From contig CM069142.1 in assembly GCA_035221665.1 (NCBI GenBank), positions 744,001 through 808,000 of the forward strand: a DNA stretch of 64,000 nt. Reading direction: 5' to 3'. Both the position numbers and the translations under genes were made by a program. This document shows, one piece after another, positions 1 to 12,035 of this stretch. Source of the stretch: Okamejei kenojei. Taxonomy: Eukaryota. The first letter of the stretch is position 1. Each line of letters starts with the position of its first letter. A model generated the notes under the pieces. The model was given only the letters and a program-made list of their open reading frames with translations, had not been told where the DNA came from and searched no databases.

Positions 1-660
1 TTTCCAAATGCGCTGCTATCCCATCTTTAATAATTGACTCTAGCAGTTTCCCCACTACCGATGTTAGACTAACGGTCTGTAATTGACCGTTTTCTCTCTC
101 CCTCCCTTTTTAAAAAATGGGGTTACATTAGCTACCCTCCAATCCTCAGGAACTACTCCAGAATCTAAAGAGTTTTGAAAAATTATCACTAATGCATCTG
201 CTATTTCTGGGGCTACTTCCTTAAGTACCCTGGAATGCAGCCTATCTGGCCCTGGGGATTTATCGGCCTTTAATCCATTCAATTTACCCAACACCACTTT
301 CCGGCTAACATGGATTTCACTCATTTCCTCCATCTCATTTGATCCGCGATCCCCTGCTAGTTCCGGCAAATTATTTATGTCTTCCTTAGTGAAGACATAA
401 CCAAAGTAGTTATTCAATTGGTCTGCCATGTCCTTGTTCCCCATGATCAATTCACCCGTTTCTGACTGCAAGGGACCTACATTTGTTTTAACTAATCTTT
501 TGCGCTTCACATATCGATAAAAACTTTTGCAGTCTGTTTTTATGTTTCCTGCCAGTTTTCCTTCATACTCCATTTTCCCTTTCCTAATTAAGCCCTTTGT
601 CCTCCTCTGTTGGTCTCTGAATTTCTCCCAGTCCCCTGGTAGGCTGCTTTTTCTTGATGT
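1..660 (-). mobile_element. CR1-clade LINE ORF2 fragment, 5'-truncated, running off the window start
   Basis: ORF 64..675(-) has KSPGPD, PEDWRVANVTPFFKKG and NYRP, and resembles CR1 ORF2 at 51967-53766. Confidence 0.9.
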
Positions 661-984
661 TTCAAAAGTTGACATCCAGGTAAGGATTGCAGGTTTTATA
701 TCCTAAAAGAACACTAGTAACCATTTTTTTTTTTTAAAATAACCACCAACAATTTTACTAACACCATTTTTTTTTAAATTGCAAACTAATTCTTAAGCTG
801 GGTTCAAACTCAAACTGCTATAATGGAATATAATTTGAGTTTGTTGGGAGTATTTCAGAAAGTTTAAAAGTAAATTAATTTTTCCAGCAAACAATAATGT
901 TATCAATGTTTCACTTAACAAATGATGTCAATACGCTGACTAATTCTACTTGCAGAGCAGATAAAATATTTGAAGATGCATGAT

Positions 985-1066
985 GACGGTTGATGACGCG
1001 CGCGACCGTTTCGCGTCAGTCACTACCGGCCTGTCGCGTAAATGACGGCCAAGTGGGACAGGCCCT
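985..1066. mobile_element. One end of a probable PIF/Harbinger-type non-autonomous DNA element
   Basis: Ends in AAGTGGGACAGGCCC followed by TTAA, resembling fish Harbinger-type termini (recalled, not searched). No partner end seen. Confidence 0.4.
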
Positions 1067-1384
1067 TAAAGAAACGAGACTTGCGGTATGTCCGTGTAAG
1101 TGCCGTAGAAGAGATTCGTGTCAGGCCGAATGAATGAAGACACAAAATTCTTCGTATATTTGTGGAAAGAGGAACTAAGATGCTGGCTTACAAGAAAAGA
1201 GGCAGAAAGTGCTGGAGTAACTCAGCGGCCCAGGCAGCTTGGCTGGAGAACGTGGAGAGGTGATGTTTCGGGTTGGTTCCTATTCATGTTCTCTAGAGAT
1301 GCTGCCTGATCCGCTGAGTTACTTCAGCACTTTCTGCCTCTTTTCTTGTATACCAGCATCTTCAGTTCCTCTTTCCACAAATGT

Positions 1385-1526
1385 ACGAAGAGTTGTTTCA
1401 CTGAACTACCGTCCAATCTGCGGTCGATCTGACGCACAGCAGCGCAGAAAAACTCGCAGCGGTTGTGAATTCTGCAGAATGACCAGCGGCTCCGTGTGAT
1501 CCGTGTCTCGACACTTCCCTCACAAG
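1385..1526 (+). promoter_or_regulatory. Probable proximal promoter/5' UTR of the IgSF gene
   Basis: Non-repetitive, CpG-containing stretch directly upstream of the ATG, with CCAAT (~1413), a RUNX-like TGCGGT (~1419) and a CRE-like TGACGCA (~1430). Motif matches only. Confidence 0.35.
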
Positions 1527-1575
1527 ATGTCATCGTTTGCAACATTCATCTACACACTCTGCCTCCTTCTCCCAG
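1527..1575 (+). CDS. Exon 1 (leader peptide) of VJ-C1-TM-ITIM Ig-superfamily receptor: MSSFATFIYTLCLLLP(G)
   Basis: AAGATGT start, 16 mostly hydrophobic codons, then a phase-1 donor CAG|GTAAGG. Joins in frame to the exon at 2353, the usual split-leader arrangement of IgSF genes. Confidence 0.85.
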
Positions 1576-2352
1576 GTAAGGCATTCATGTTCACCCTTGC
1601 CAACCTCTGTTCACGTTGTCTTCCGATAACGTGTTTCTTTCTATCCCTTTTGCATTAATGTTTGATGCTTTTTTGCCGTCTTTTTGAAATTTAACGTGTA
1701 ATTTATGTTCAATTTGTTTTTGAATACGTGTTTGTTTCAGTGTAGGTGCATTCGATGCTGTTGCAAGCAAGTTTTTAATTTAGACCCAAAAGCAGAAATT
1801 GAAAATGCAGTTAAAATAAGTTTATGTCAGAAAGTTAACACGACTATGTTTAAGCGAAGGGTTCCGACCCGAAACGTCACCCGTCATTTTTCTCCAGAGA
1901 TGCTGCCTGACCCGCTGAGTTACTCCTGCACCTTGTGTCTATCTTAAATATAAGCGACACAAGGAACTGTAGATGCTGGAATCTTCAACAAAACACAGTG
2001 TTGGAGTAACTCAGCGGGTCAGGCAGCATCTGTGGAGAACATGGACAGGTGACGTTTCACACAATGTTGGAGTGACTCAGCGGGTCAGGCAGCATCTGTG
2101 GAGAACGTGGATAGATGGCGTTTCGCTTCGCGACCTTTCTTCAGATATGTTCTCCAGAGATGCTACTAGCGTCTCCAACACTTTGTGTCTGTCTTCGATA
2201 CAGATCAGCATCTGCAGTTCCTTCCTACACAAGTAGTTACAGGTGAGAGAGGGGTGGTTTATTTGCGCCTGGACCTCACTGTCCTTGTGCCCATGATAGT
2301 AAACTCGAGTTACTCGGAAGACGTCGTTAACTATGTTCACTTTCCGTGCCAG

Positions 2353-2688
2353 GGCCCGCTGTCGGTGTGAGGGTGATCCAGTCTCCTGCTGCTCTGACGC
2401 TTCTCCGAGGGCAGACAGCTACGTTCACCTGCTCCATGCTACCCGGAGAGGGGGAGGAAGTTTCAATGAGGATATTCTGGTTTCGGACGAAAGACAACCC
2501 GGAGCTCTGGGACAACAAGACCGAGAGTTTTCTGAAGACAGGCGACCGACTGTCCGTATCTATGGGCTCGCTGGTCATTCGGGAGGTGACTGTGCACGAT
2601 GCAGACACTTACCATTGTGTGGTACTGATAGGTGAAGCATTCCCCTGGAAAATGTTTATAGGAAATGGAACAACATTACACATCCAAG
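2353..2688 (+). CDS. Exon 2: Ig V-set domain with fused J-like strand (VJ type)
   Basis: Acceptor tttccgtgccag|G, donor CAAG|GTAATT, 336 nt, phase 1-1. Motifs VIQSP, TATFTC, IFWFR, SLVIREV, DADTYHC and J-like FIGNGTTLHI (G-x-G bulge). Confidence 0.95.
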
Positions 2689-5110
2689 GTAATTAATATA
2701 GAACATACAACAGGAACAGGCCCTTCAGCCCACAATGTTCGTGCGGACCATGAGGCCAAATTAAACTAACTTGTATATTCATGTGTCTATCCAAACGTCT
2801 CTTAAACTCTGCGATCGTATCTGCCTCCACAGCCACCCCGAGGATCTGATGCGGTGGGATTGGTGAATCACACGAATCCCAAGTTCTCCAACCCGAAACG
2901 CCGCCTGTCCATTCCCTCCACAGATGCGGCCTTAACCGCTGAGTTCCTCCAGCATTTTGTGTTTTGCTTAAGACTGCATCCCCTGCAGTTCCCTGTCTCT
3001 ACTTCCATTTCATTCCTGCATTTCATCTCTCTCTATTAATGCTCATTTTCCGGCACAAACCAACCCAGTCTGACAAAAGGTCCCGAACCCAAACGCCATC
3101 TATCCCTGATTTCCAGAGACGCTGCCTGACCCGCTGCGTTAACTCCAGCGCTTTGAGTCTATCTTTGGTTTAAAAAAAACTCGCATCAGGTGTTCCTCCG
3201 TCTCCCTAATGATACAAAAATAGATAATGAAAACAACCTCAACCTCGGTCGCAGTGTTTACATCCCCAACAGGTCTAGTGCTGCCATTTAATTATCTTGG
3301 TTTCCTTACACGGAGGGAGTGTGGAAACAAAAGCCTCTTTGTTTCTCCCAGTTTTCTCTAGATTCCCTCTTGACCTGAATGGCTGAAGGATTCTTGTCTT
3401 TGTCAAGTTCGGTTTAACATTTGCTTCCGGGCTCCAGGGAAGTAGAGTAACTGGCCCTGAAACAATTCCCGGCTGCGATAACCAAATGTGCGGCAGATGC
3501 ATCATGTTTACGTGTGAAAATGAACACAACTAAATATAAGCGACAGAATCAATGAGGGCAGCAGTGAGAGAGGGCAGACTCAAAGTGCTGGAGTAACTCA
3601 TCGGGTCAGGCAGCATCTCTGGAGATCATGGATCGGCGACGTCTCGGTACGGGGCCCGACTACAGACTGCGAGAGAGGTTATTACAGAACTGCGTCGGAG
3701 GAGGATAAATTCTTCAAAGAAGGCATACCTTGATGGATTTCACAGTGGAGCAGTCACATGTAGACACTGGTTTATAGCGGGTCAGGCAGCACCTGTGGGG
3801 ATCATGGATAGGTGACGTTTAGGGTCAGGGCCCTTCGCCAGCCTGGGTTGGTTTGTGCCTCAACATGCACCTTAATAAAGAGAGAAAATGCAGGAAGGGA
3901 AAGAAATAGAAGTGGAGACGGGGAACTGCAGGCGCTGGAGTCTTATTTAAACAAAACACAAAGCACTGGGGAACTCGGCGGTTAAGGCAGCATTCGGGTT
4001 GGGAACTTGGGACGCGTGTGAGGTCCCCACCCCACCGCATCAGCGGCCAGTGGGGATGGTCGCACACATTCCTCACGCTTCATTGAAGGTGGGGGGGGGG
4101 GGGGGTTTACCGATTCACATTGAAGGCTTCCAGCCGAAACCCTGACCCTGAGACACAAGGAACCGGAGGTGCTGGTTAAAAAAAAGACGCAAAGTGCTGG
4201 AGTAACTCATCGGGTCAGGCAGCATCTCTGGAGAACGTGGACCGTCAGCCTCTTCCCGCGAATCAGGCCTGTCCGGCTGAATATTTATATGTTCTGTTTT
4301 AGATGTCCATCATCTGCTTTGATTTAGTTTACCGTCTACAAGATATTCACGTCTATTTAATGCATTAAAATACACAAAGTGCTGGAGGAACTCGGCGGGT
4401 CCGGCAGCATCTGTGGAGGGAATGGACACGTGGCGATTCAGGCCGAGGAAGGGTCCCGACCCGAAACGCCGCCTGTCCAATCCCCCCGCAGATTCAGTGT
4501 GATCATGGCTGATCATCCACAACCAGTATCCCGTTCCTACCTTCTCCCCATATCCCTGGACTCCACTATCTATAACTCGCTCTTGAAACCATCGAGAGAA
4601 TTGGCCTCCACTGCCTTCTGAGGCAGCGAACTCCACAGATTCACAACTCTCTGGGTGAAATATTTTTCCTCATCCCCATTCTAAATGGCCTACCCCTTAT
4701 TCTTAAAAAATCCAGCATCTCCAATCTCCAATTCCATTTCATTCGCTTCCTGTATTTTTCTCTCTTATTTGTGCATTTTGAGACACAGACTGAAGAGATG
4801 TAGTCTGTAGAAGTAACCCGACCCGAAACATCACATATCATCCATGAAGAGTTACTCCAGCACTTTGGTGTCTCGTTACCTATCCATGTTCTCCAAGATG
4901 CCGCCTGACCCTCTGAGTTACTCCAGTACTTGTGCCTTTCTTTGATATAAACCAGCATTTGCAGCTCCTCTCATTCCGCTACTAATCCATTGAATTACGT
5001 GGTTTCCCCTTCTGCACGGTGCACGGCGTGCCGTGTTATCACAGTTGCTCCAGGCATGACTGAGAGCGACTGGAAGATTCACAAGCGTGCTATTTTCCTA
5101 CTTTACGCAG

Positions 5111-5409
5111 CGAAGCCTGACATCTCCCTGACCTGGATCCCGGGTAGAAGGCGCAGAGACGCGGAGCCTGACTTGTGTGGCCGCCGGATTCTTCCCGAGG
5201 GAGCTGAACATGTCCTGGGCTGTCGTGGGCCAGTTGTCCTATGAAACAGAAGCGGGGCCGCTGAGGGAGAACGGGGATGGAAGCTTCAACGTGAGCTTCC
5301 CGGTTGCGGCTCACCGACCCTCGGCTAGAGGCGGGCACGGTCGCCACCTGCCTGGTTCAGCACCTCACGGGGACGGGCTCGGTGAGCGAACGCTTCTCTC
5401 CCACCCCAA
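5111..5409 (+). CDS. Exon 3: Ig C1-set domain, with two +1 frameshifts as assembled
   Basis: Acceptor ttttcctactttacgcag|, donor CCAA|GTAAGT. Read across three frames: AKPDISLTWIP / VEGAETRSLTCVAAGFFPRELNMSWAVVGQLSYETEAGPLRENGDGSFNVS / SRLRLTDPRLEAGTVATCLVQHLTGTGSVSERFSPTP. C1 hallmarks CxxxGFxP, W, NxDGxF and CxVxH are present. Length 299 = 297+2. Confidence 0.9.
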
Positions 5410-7914
5410 GTAAGTGGCTTGAATGAACGTGGCAGCCAGCGTCCTCCAATTACTGAAGATACACAGAGTGCTGGAGGAACTCAGCGGCTCAGTTACTGCC
5501 GAGTTACTCCAACATTTTGTGTCGATCTGCGGTGTAAACTAGTATCTGCAGTTCCGTCCTACACATGTCCAAGATTGCAAGGTTTAATAGTACATTTGCA
5601 CAAATTTGTTCAACGTAGCCAGCGGAGTAACTCAGCGGGTCAAGTAGCATCTCTGGAGAACGTTGAACGCAATTCATTTACCTGATCAAAAGTGTATAAG
5701 ATCACTCAATATGTACAATATCTACTGCAAATATGCATTTAGACTTTTAGACTTTAAAGATACGCGGAAAAGGGCATTTCGGCCGATCAGCGATCACCTC
5801 ATACACTGGGTAGACAACAAAATGCTGGAGGATCTCAGCAAGTGAGGCAGCTTCTATGTAGAGAAGGATATGCGACGTTTCGGGTCGAGACCCTTCTTCT
5901 TAAACACATCATACATTAACACTATCCTGCCCATTAGGGACAATTTACAATTTTACCGAAGCCAATTAACCTACAAACCTGTCCGTCTTTGGACTGTGGG
6001 AGGAAACCGGAGCATCCGTAAAGAAAACCCCACGCAGGTCACGGGGAGAACGTACAAACTCCACACATCCAACACCCGTAGTCAGGATTGAACCCGCGTC
6101 TACGGCGCTGTGAGGCAGCTACTCAAGTACAGTTCATCTGTGCATCGATATATATATATACATATATATATATATTTGAGTTGCTGCCTTATATATTATA
6201 TATATGTATGTGTGTATGTATACATCGATGATATCAGCTCATATATACACATCTTTCTTCATTATTATTTGAAACATTTACCGTTATATTATATTATATA
6301 TATCTTGGTCTAATAAAGCACTTACGCCGTGTTTTAACGGTAAATGTTTTCAAATAATAATGAGAGTTGAAGAAAGATGTATAAAATTGATACTCGAGAA
6401 ACTGCAGATGCTGGAATCTTGAGCAACACACAAAGTGCTGGAGGAACTCAGCATCTGTGGAGGGAATGGACATGCGTCGTTTCGGGTCGGGACCCTTCTT
6501 CAGCCCACAGATGCTCCCTGACCCACTGAGTTTCCCCAGCACTTTGTGTTTTGCTCAAGATTCCAGCATCTGCAGTTCCTTGTCCCTCCATAAAACTATA
6601 CAACTGTACTTAATTGATTACCATTTCAATATCGCTCATGGAGCCCCACTGGTTATAGTGCTGCTGCTCAGGAGTATGAAGAATGGGATTAAAGTGAGGG
6701 GGAAAGATTCAATAGGAACCTGAGATGCAACAGTTTTCTGAATTCAGGCTGCCAGAGGAGGTAGTTGAGGCAGGTACTATCACAATGATTAAAAAACATT
6801 TGGACAGGTACATGGATAGGATAGGGGTATCTTGGTCACTGTACGCAAAGGGCCTGTTTCCACATTGTACGATCAATGACTTTTTATGACTCACATGAGA
6901 TGGGATGTTGCTAAATTTGGTGATGACACAGACAGTTGGAAAGTAATGTGGAGACACGGGAATCTCAGATGCTGGAATCCTGCATAAACACAAAGTGCTG
7001 GAGGAACTCAACGGGTCAGGCAGCATCTGTGGAGAAACATGGGATAGGTGATGTTTCGGGTCAGGACCCTTCTTCAGACTGAATATTGTATTATGAAATA
7101 TTGTAATGTATACGACTCCTATGTGATGTTGCTAAATTTTCGAATGATACAAAGACAGATAGGAAAGTTGACTGTGGATAGAATATGTGAACAAGAAAAT
7201 AGATGTGAAGTATAGCATAATGTGGGGAAAAAGTTCAAAATTGTATATTTTGATGAGAAAACAAAAGCTTTTTGCTGTATCTCAGTCCACGTGACCATAA
7301 ACTAACCTAAACTAAAACAAAATAGTTAAAAAAAGTTCTGACACAGGTTGCGACCTGAAAAGTTGAATCTGATTTTCTCTTCACAAATGCCGCCTGATCT
7401 TATGAGCATTTAAGTTTTTTTGAGGGTGGTGTGAGCTGGGGCGTGCTGCCAGGGGTGGTGCGGGAGGTAGATGCCATTTGTGGTGTTAGACGTTACAGGT
7501 TTTGATAGGCACATGGAATTACAGGGAATGGAGGGATATGGATTATTTGCAAACATGGAATTGCTGGGAGTGGAGGGATATGGATATATGCAAACAGAGA
7601 TTAGTTTAACTTGGCATCATGTTCTTCATGGCCATAGTGGGCTGAAGGACCTGTTCCTGTATTGTTATATGTTCTACTTTACAGTAGTTTTCTTGTTTTC
7701 ATTGGTCTATCTTCGGTATAAACCAGCATCTGCATTTCTTTCCTACATTCTCTATCTATCTGTCTGAAAAAGGGTTGCGACCCGAAACGTCACCTACAGT
7801 ATTTCATTTCTTTAGACAAGCTGACTGAACTGCCGAGTTACTACAGCCATTTGTGTCTACCTTCTGATTTTTATTTACTTTTTATTTACTTTTGGAATTA
7901 TTGCCACTTTTCCC

Positions 7915-8665
7915 CCAGGAAAGAATTCCCCTGCAACCGCAAGAGATGCAACACCTGTCCCTATACCTCCTCCCTCGATTCCATCCCGGGATCCCGGTAG
8001 TCCTTTCAGGTTAGGCAGAGGTTCACTTGCATCCCCTCCAACCTCACCTACTGCATCCGTTGTTCGAGGTATGGACTCTTATACATCGTCGAGACCAAAT
8101 GTAGACTGGGCGATCGTTTCGCTGAACACCTTAGCTTAGTCCGCCTGGACCTACCTGATCTCCCAGTTGCTAAACACTTTGATTCTCCTTCCCATTCCCA
8201 CACTGACCTTTCTGTCCTACCTCCTCCATTGTCAAAGTGAGGTTAAATGGAAATTGGAGGAACAACATCTCATATTTCGCTTGGGCAGCTTACAGCCCAT
8301 GGCATGTATATTGATTTCTCTAACTTACAAGTAACCCTTGCATTCCCTCGCTCTCTCTCTCCACCCCCCTCCCCCCCCCCCCCCCCCCCCCCCCCCATCC
8401 AAGTCACAACAGCTTTTTGTTCTCACGTAGCTACAGCTAACAATTACCTGTTTCTTTATCATCAATACTTTTTTTGCATATCTATATCTCTCTACATCAG
8501 TGTCGATATCTCTTGTTTCCCCTTTCCCTTGACTTTCAGTCTGAAGAGGTCTTGACTCAAAACGTCACCTATCCTTCTCTCCAGAGATGCTTCTGTCCCA
8601 CTGAGTTACTTCAGCATTTTGTGTCTATCTTCGGTTTAAACCAGCAACCGCAGTTCCTTCCTATG
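7915..8665 (+). mobile_element. Penelope-like element 3' fragment: GIY-YIG endonuclease remnant plus pLTR
   Basis: Translates to CNRKRCNTCP...FTC.PSNLTYCIRCSRYGLLYIVETKCRLGDRFAEHL (GIY-YIG with CCHH region). Followed by a terminal repeat with a degenerate CTGAAGA...AAACGTC core. Confidence 0.85.
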
Positions 8666-8837
8666 AAATTCTGCTCATCTCTCTATCGTCTAATTTGCTC
8701 CCTGTTCTCACGATCGGTCATTGACCTGTTTCTTTAACTTTCTCTTTCCACATTTGCTGCCTGACCTGCTGCATATTTCCAGCATTTTATTTCTTTTCTT
8801 TATTTAGGTTAAGGGGGTTAAGAAGGTTATTTAGGTT

Positions 8838-9247
8838 AAGAAGGTTAAGGGGGGACTTGATTGAGGTCTTTAAAATGTTGAAAGGGATAGACAGAGTTGA
8901 CGTGGATAAGTTTTTCCCATTGAGGGTAGGGAAGATTCAAACAAGAGGGCATGACATGAGAATTAAGGGACAGAAGTTTAGGGGTAACGTGAGGGGGAAC
9001 TTCTTTACTCAGAGGGTGGTGGCTGTGTGGAATGAGCTTCCAGCAGAAGTGGTGGAGGCAGGATCGATTTTAACATTTAAAAGTAAAGTGGATAGGTATA
9101 TGGACGTGAAGGGAATGGAGGGGTATGGTCTGAGTGCAGGTAGATGGGACAAGGGGAAAACCAAATGGTCGGCACGGACTGGAAGGGCCGAGAGGGCCTG
9201 TTTCCGTGCTGTAATTGTTATATGGTTATATGGTTATATGGTTATAT
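8838..9247 (+). mobile_element. Young CR1 LINE 3' fragment, in intron 3
   Basis: Nearly identical to 53908-54307; ends in a (TATATGGT)n tail. Confidence 0.92.
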
Positions 9248-10186
9248 ATTTTTTTAAAGCTTCTTATTGTAGATTGGTTACTTTACTTACTAACCAATGT
9301 AGTGCTTTATTATTATATGGCAGAAGGCAGCGTTTATCGTCAGTGACTTGGGAGATCTTGGTTTCATCGTAAATGATTTGCTGAAGTCAGTAAGCAGATA
9401 CAGCAAATCAACGTGAAAGCTAGATAGTGGAAATGTCAAGGACTAGAGGACATAGCTTCAAGGTGAGAGAGGCAAAGTTTAAAGGAGATGTACGGGACAA
9501 GTTGTTTTAAACAGAGGGTGGTGAGTACATGGATCATGCTGCTAGTAGTGGCGGTGCAGGCTGATATGATAGTGGCATTTAAGAGGGCGTTCAGATAGGC
9601 ATATGGATGTGCAGGAATGGAGGGATATGATTCACGTGTAGGCAGAGAAGATTGGTTTGACTTGGCTCCATGTTGGTCCTCAGACATTTGCAGGCTGAAG
9701 GGCCTGCACTATGTTCTATGCTTTATGAGGTTGGCAGATTCCGTGCACACAACACGTTCCAAGACAGACCACTATATTAAGGATTCACTGTTGATTTTGC
9801 ATAATGATTTTTCCTTGTTCTTTGTTTATAAGGGGCAAAGTTTAACAAAGATGTGCAGGGTGAGTTTTTGTACACAGAGGGTGGTGGGTGCCAGGAACAC
9901 GCTGCCAGGGGTGGTAGTGGAGGCAGATATGATAGTGGACATGTTTAAGAGGCTTTTTTTGGAAGCAGTTTTACAGTTTGATTTTCCAATAAACCCAAGC
10001 GGTTTGTGAAATGTTTCACTTCTCATAAACAGCTCGGTAATTTTACAACACTTATCGAGTCCACACCCAGATTAGAAGTTGTTTCAGCCAGAGCCAGACA
10101 ATGATGTCATCTTGTGCTTGTTGTGCTTCTTGTGTGTGCTGGTGGAAGAGACTGGTGGAAACAGGGCCGCGACCCCATCCCCCGAT

Positions 10187-12035
10187 TCACCCCCCCTCCC
10201 CCAGGCCACGGGGGCAGACCCAACCGGGGCGCTGGCAGCCATAGTAAATCGCTTTTAAAACATGAGGGGGGGGGACGGACACACACAAATTCCCATGGCG
10301 GCGCCGGCAAGTGTGCATGACAACGGGCCGATGACAAGTGCATTTTTTGACAAAAAAAAAACGAACAATTTTTAACAACCCAAAATCTCTACCAATATAA
10401 ACACACAACACAAAACACAAAAAAAAAAAAAAAAAACAACAACAAACAACAAACAACAACCAACACCTAAACACCCCCCCCCCCCCCTTCGACAATAAGC
10501 ACGTTTTAATTATTTAAACACAGTAATACCATCTGGTTGCCGGTGTAACGCACGCACGCCACACGCCGGGTTGACTGTAATCGTCGAAACAGGGCGGACC
10601 ATGTGAAGGTTGCAATCTTCCACCCCATGCGTAATGCACGAAACACCAGATAATCTGTATTTTTTCAGTTTATTTGCAGTTAATTTGTTTTTTTGAACTT
10701 TGCGCATTTAACAGCGCCATTTTAGCAGCGGTGTCGAGTACATCGTACTTTTTCCCCCCCGCAGGCGATACATTACTCTCAAATCACATACCTTACCTCT
10801 ATTACCGCTCTACATAAAAACAAAGTGTCAATGCCTCTTCAAGGTCTACTAATCCACCCCATAGCTTCAGTTGCAGGTACAGCTGAAGGGATTTGGCGCT
10901 CGGAACGATGACCACATTAGAAGATCATCTGAGCATCTTGAAATCAACCTCATGAGTACGAGTGAAAGATAGCCGAGCAAGGCGGTATCGATCAGCCCAC
11001 ATCGCACAGATGGAAAAGAATGAAATGGAAATTGCAAATTATTCAACTGCAACTTTCACCCCCATGAGATGAACACTTCCGTGCTTATGAGATTGATTTC
11101 AAGATGCTCAGATGATCTTCTAATGCGGTCATTTATGTAGAGGGGTAATAGAGGTAACGTATGTGATTTGAGAGTAATGCATCGTCTGCGGGGGGAAAAA
11201 TGTACAATTTACTCACACCACTGTGAAAATGCGCAAAGTTCAAAAAAATAAATGAACTGCAAATAAACTGAAAATAATCTGGTGTTTCGTGCGTGGGAGC
11301 TTGTTGTGTGCGTTATGCAGGCAACCAGACGGTTTTACTGAGTTTAAACAATAAATAAAATGTGCTTCTTGTTGTCGGGGGGGGAGGGGTAGTGGGAGGA
11401 GATCAAATTGTTAGGTGTGGGTGTCGCGGGGTGAATCACCTTGGTGTGGGGGTCGGGGTACGGTGGCGGTGCATTGCGGTCAGTGACTCTGGGCGGGCAG
11501 AAGGACCAGACTGTCCCCAACTCTGCTGCAGCTGACGGGCCGGGGACGTTGCCGGGTTTTCGTCCCCGTGTGTGCGCGGCCCCACTCCACCCGGCCCCGT
11601 GTGTGTGTGCGCTGCCGACCCACAGCCTGTCACAGTGCGGCCGCACGGGGGAGACGAGGGCGGCCATGGCCGGACAGTGCTGACCCTGTGGGGGGGGGGG
11701 GAAGAGTGGGGGCTGTCCCGAGGGATGCGCTCCTTCGGCCGCTTATACCTTGGTGCTCGGATTCCGAGCACCCAGTCTCCCCTAGGTCCGGGTGGTCTTG
11801 TGTGAGGAAAATGACCCCCACCCTCCTGTCTCCCCCAGCCAGTGATGTGATGGACGCGGGGGTCTGGACCAATCGCTGACAAGTGCCGCCCATTATTTGG
11901 CTTTTCGGCGTTGCGTCCGTTCAGTGAGTTGGCTTTTCCGCGTTGCACCCTCTCAGTGAGTTGGCTTTTAGGTGCCCCGACCTTTCGGTTATTTGGCTTT
12001 TCGGCGTTGCGCCTGTTGGATTATTTGGCTTTTCA
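10187..12035. repeat. Head-to-head inverted pair of an unclassified repeat family
   Basis: 10187-11063 is the reverse complement of the element at 49820-50078 + 54314-54720. 11081-12035 is a forward copy ending in tandem TTGGCTTTTCGG-type units. Confidence 0.8.

Noticed and set aside
1118-2370. Many short ORFs containing MLPDPLSYSS or GVTQRVRQHLWR
   Set aside because: Recurrent translations of the Penelope-derived short repeat, not host proteins.
2353-5409. Germline-joined Ig light chain or TCR chain gene
   Set aside because: Elasmobranchs do have germline-joined VJ genes, but here the C1 exon ends in a splice donor and is followed by in-phase exons for an uncharged TM and an ITIM tail. Ig light chains have no TM, and TCR TMs carry basic residues with short tails.
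11890-12035. CRISPR-like repeat-spacer array
   Set aside because: Vertebrate context, degenerate tandem units without unique spacers, and no cas genes.
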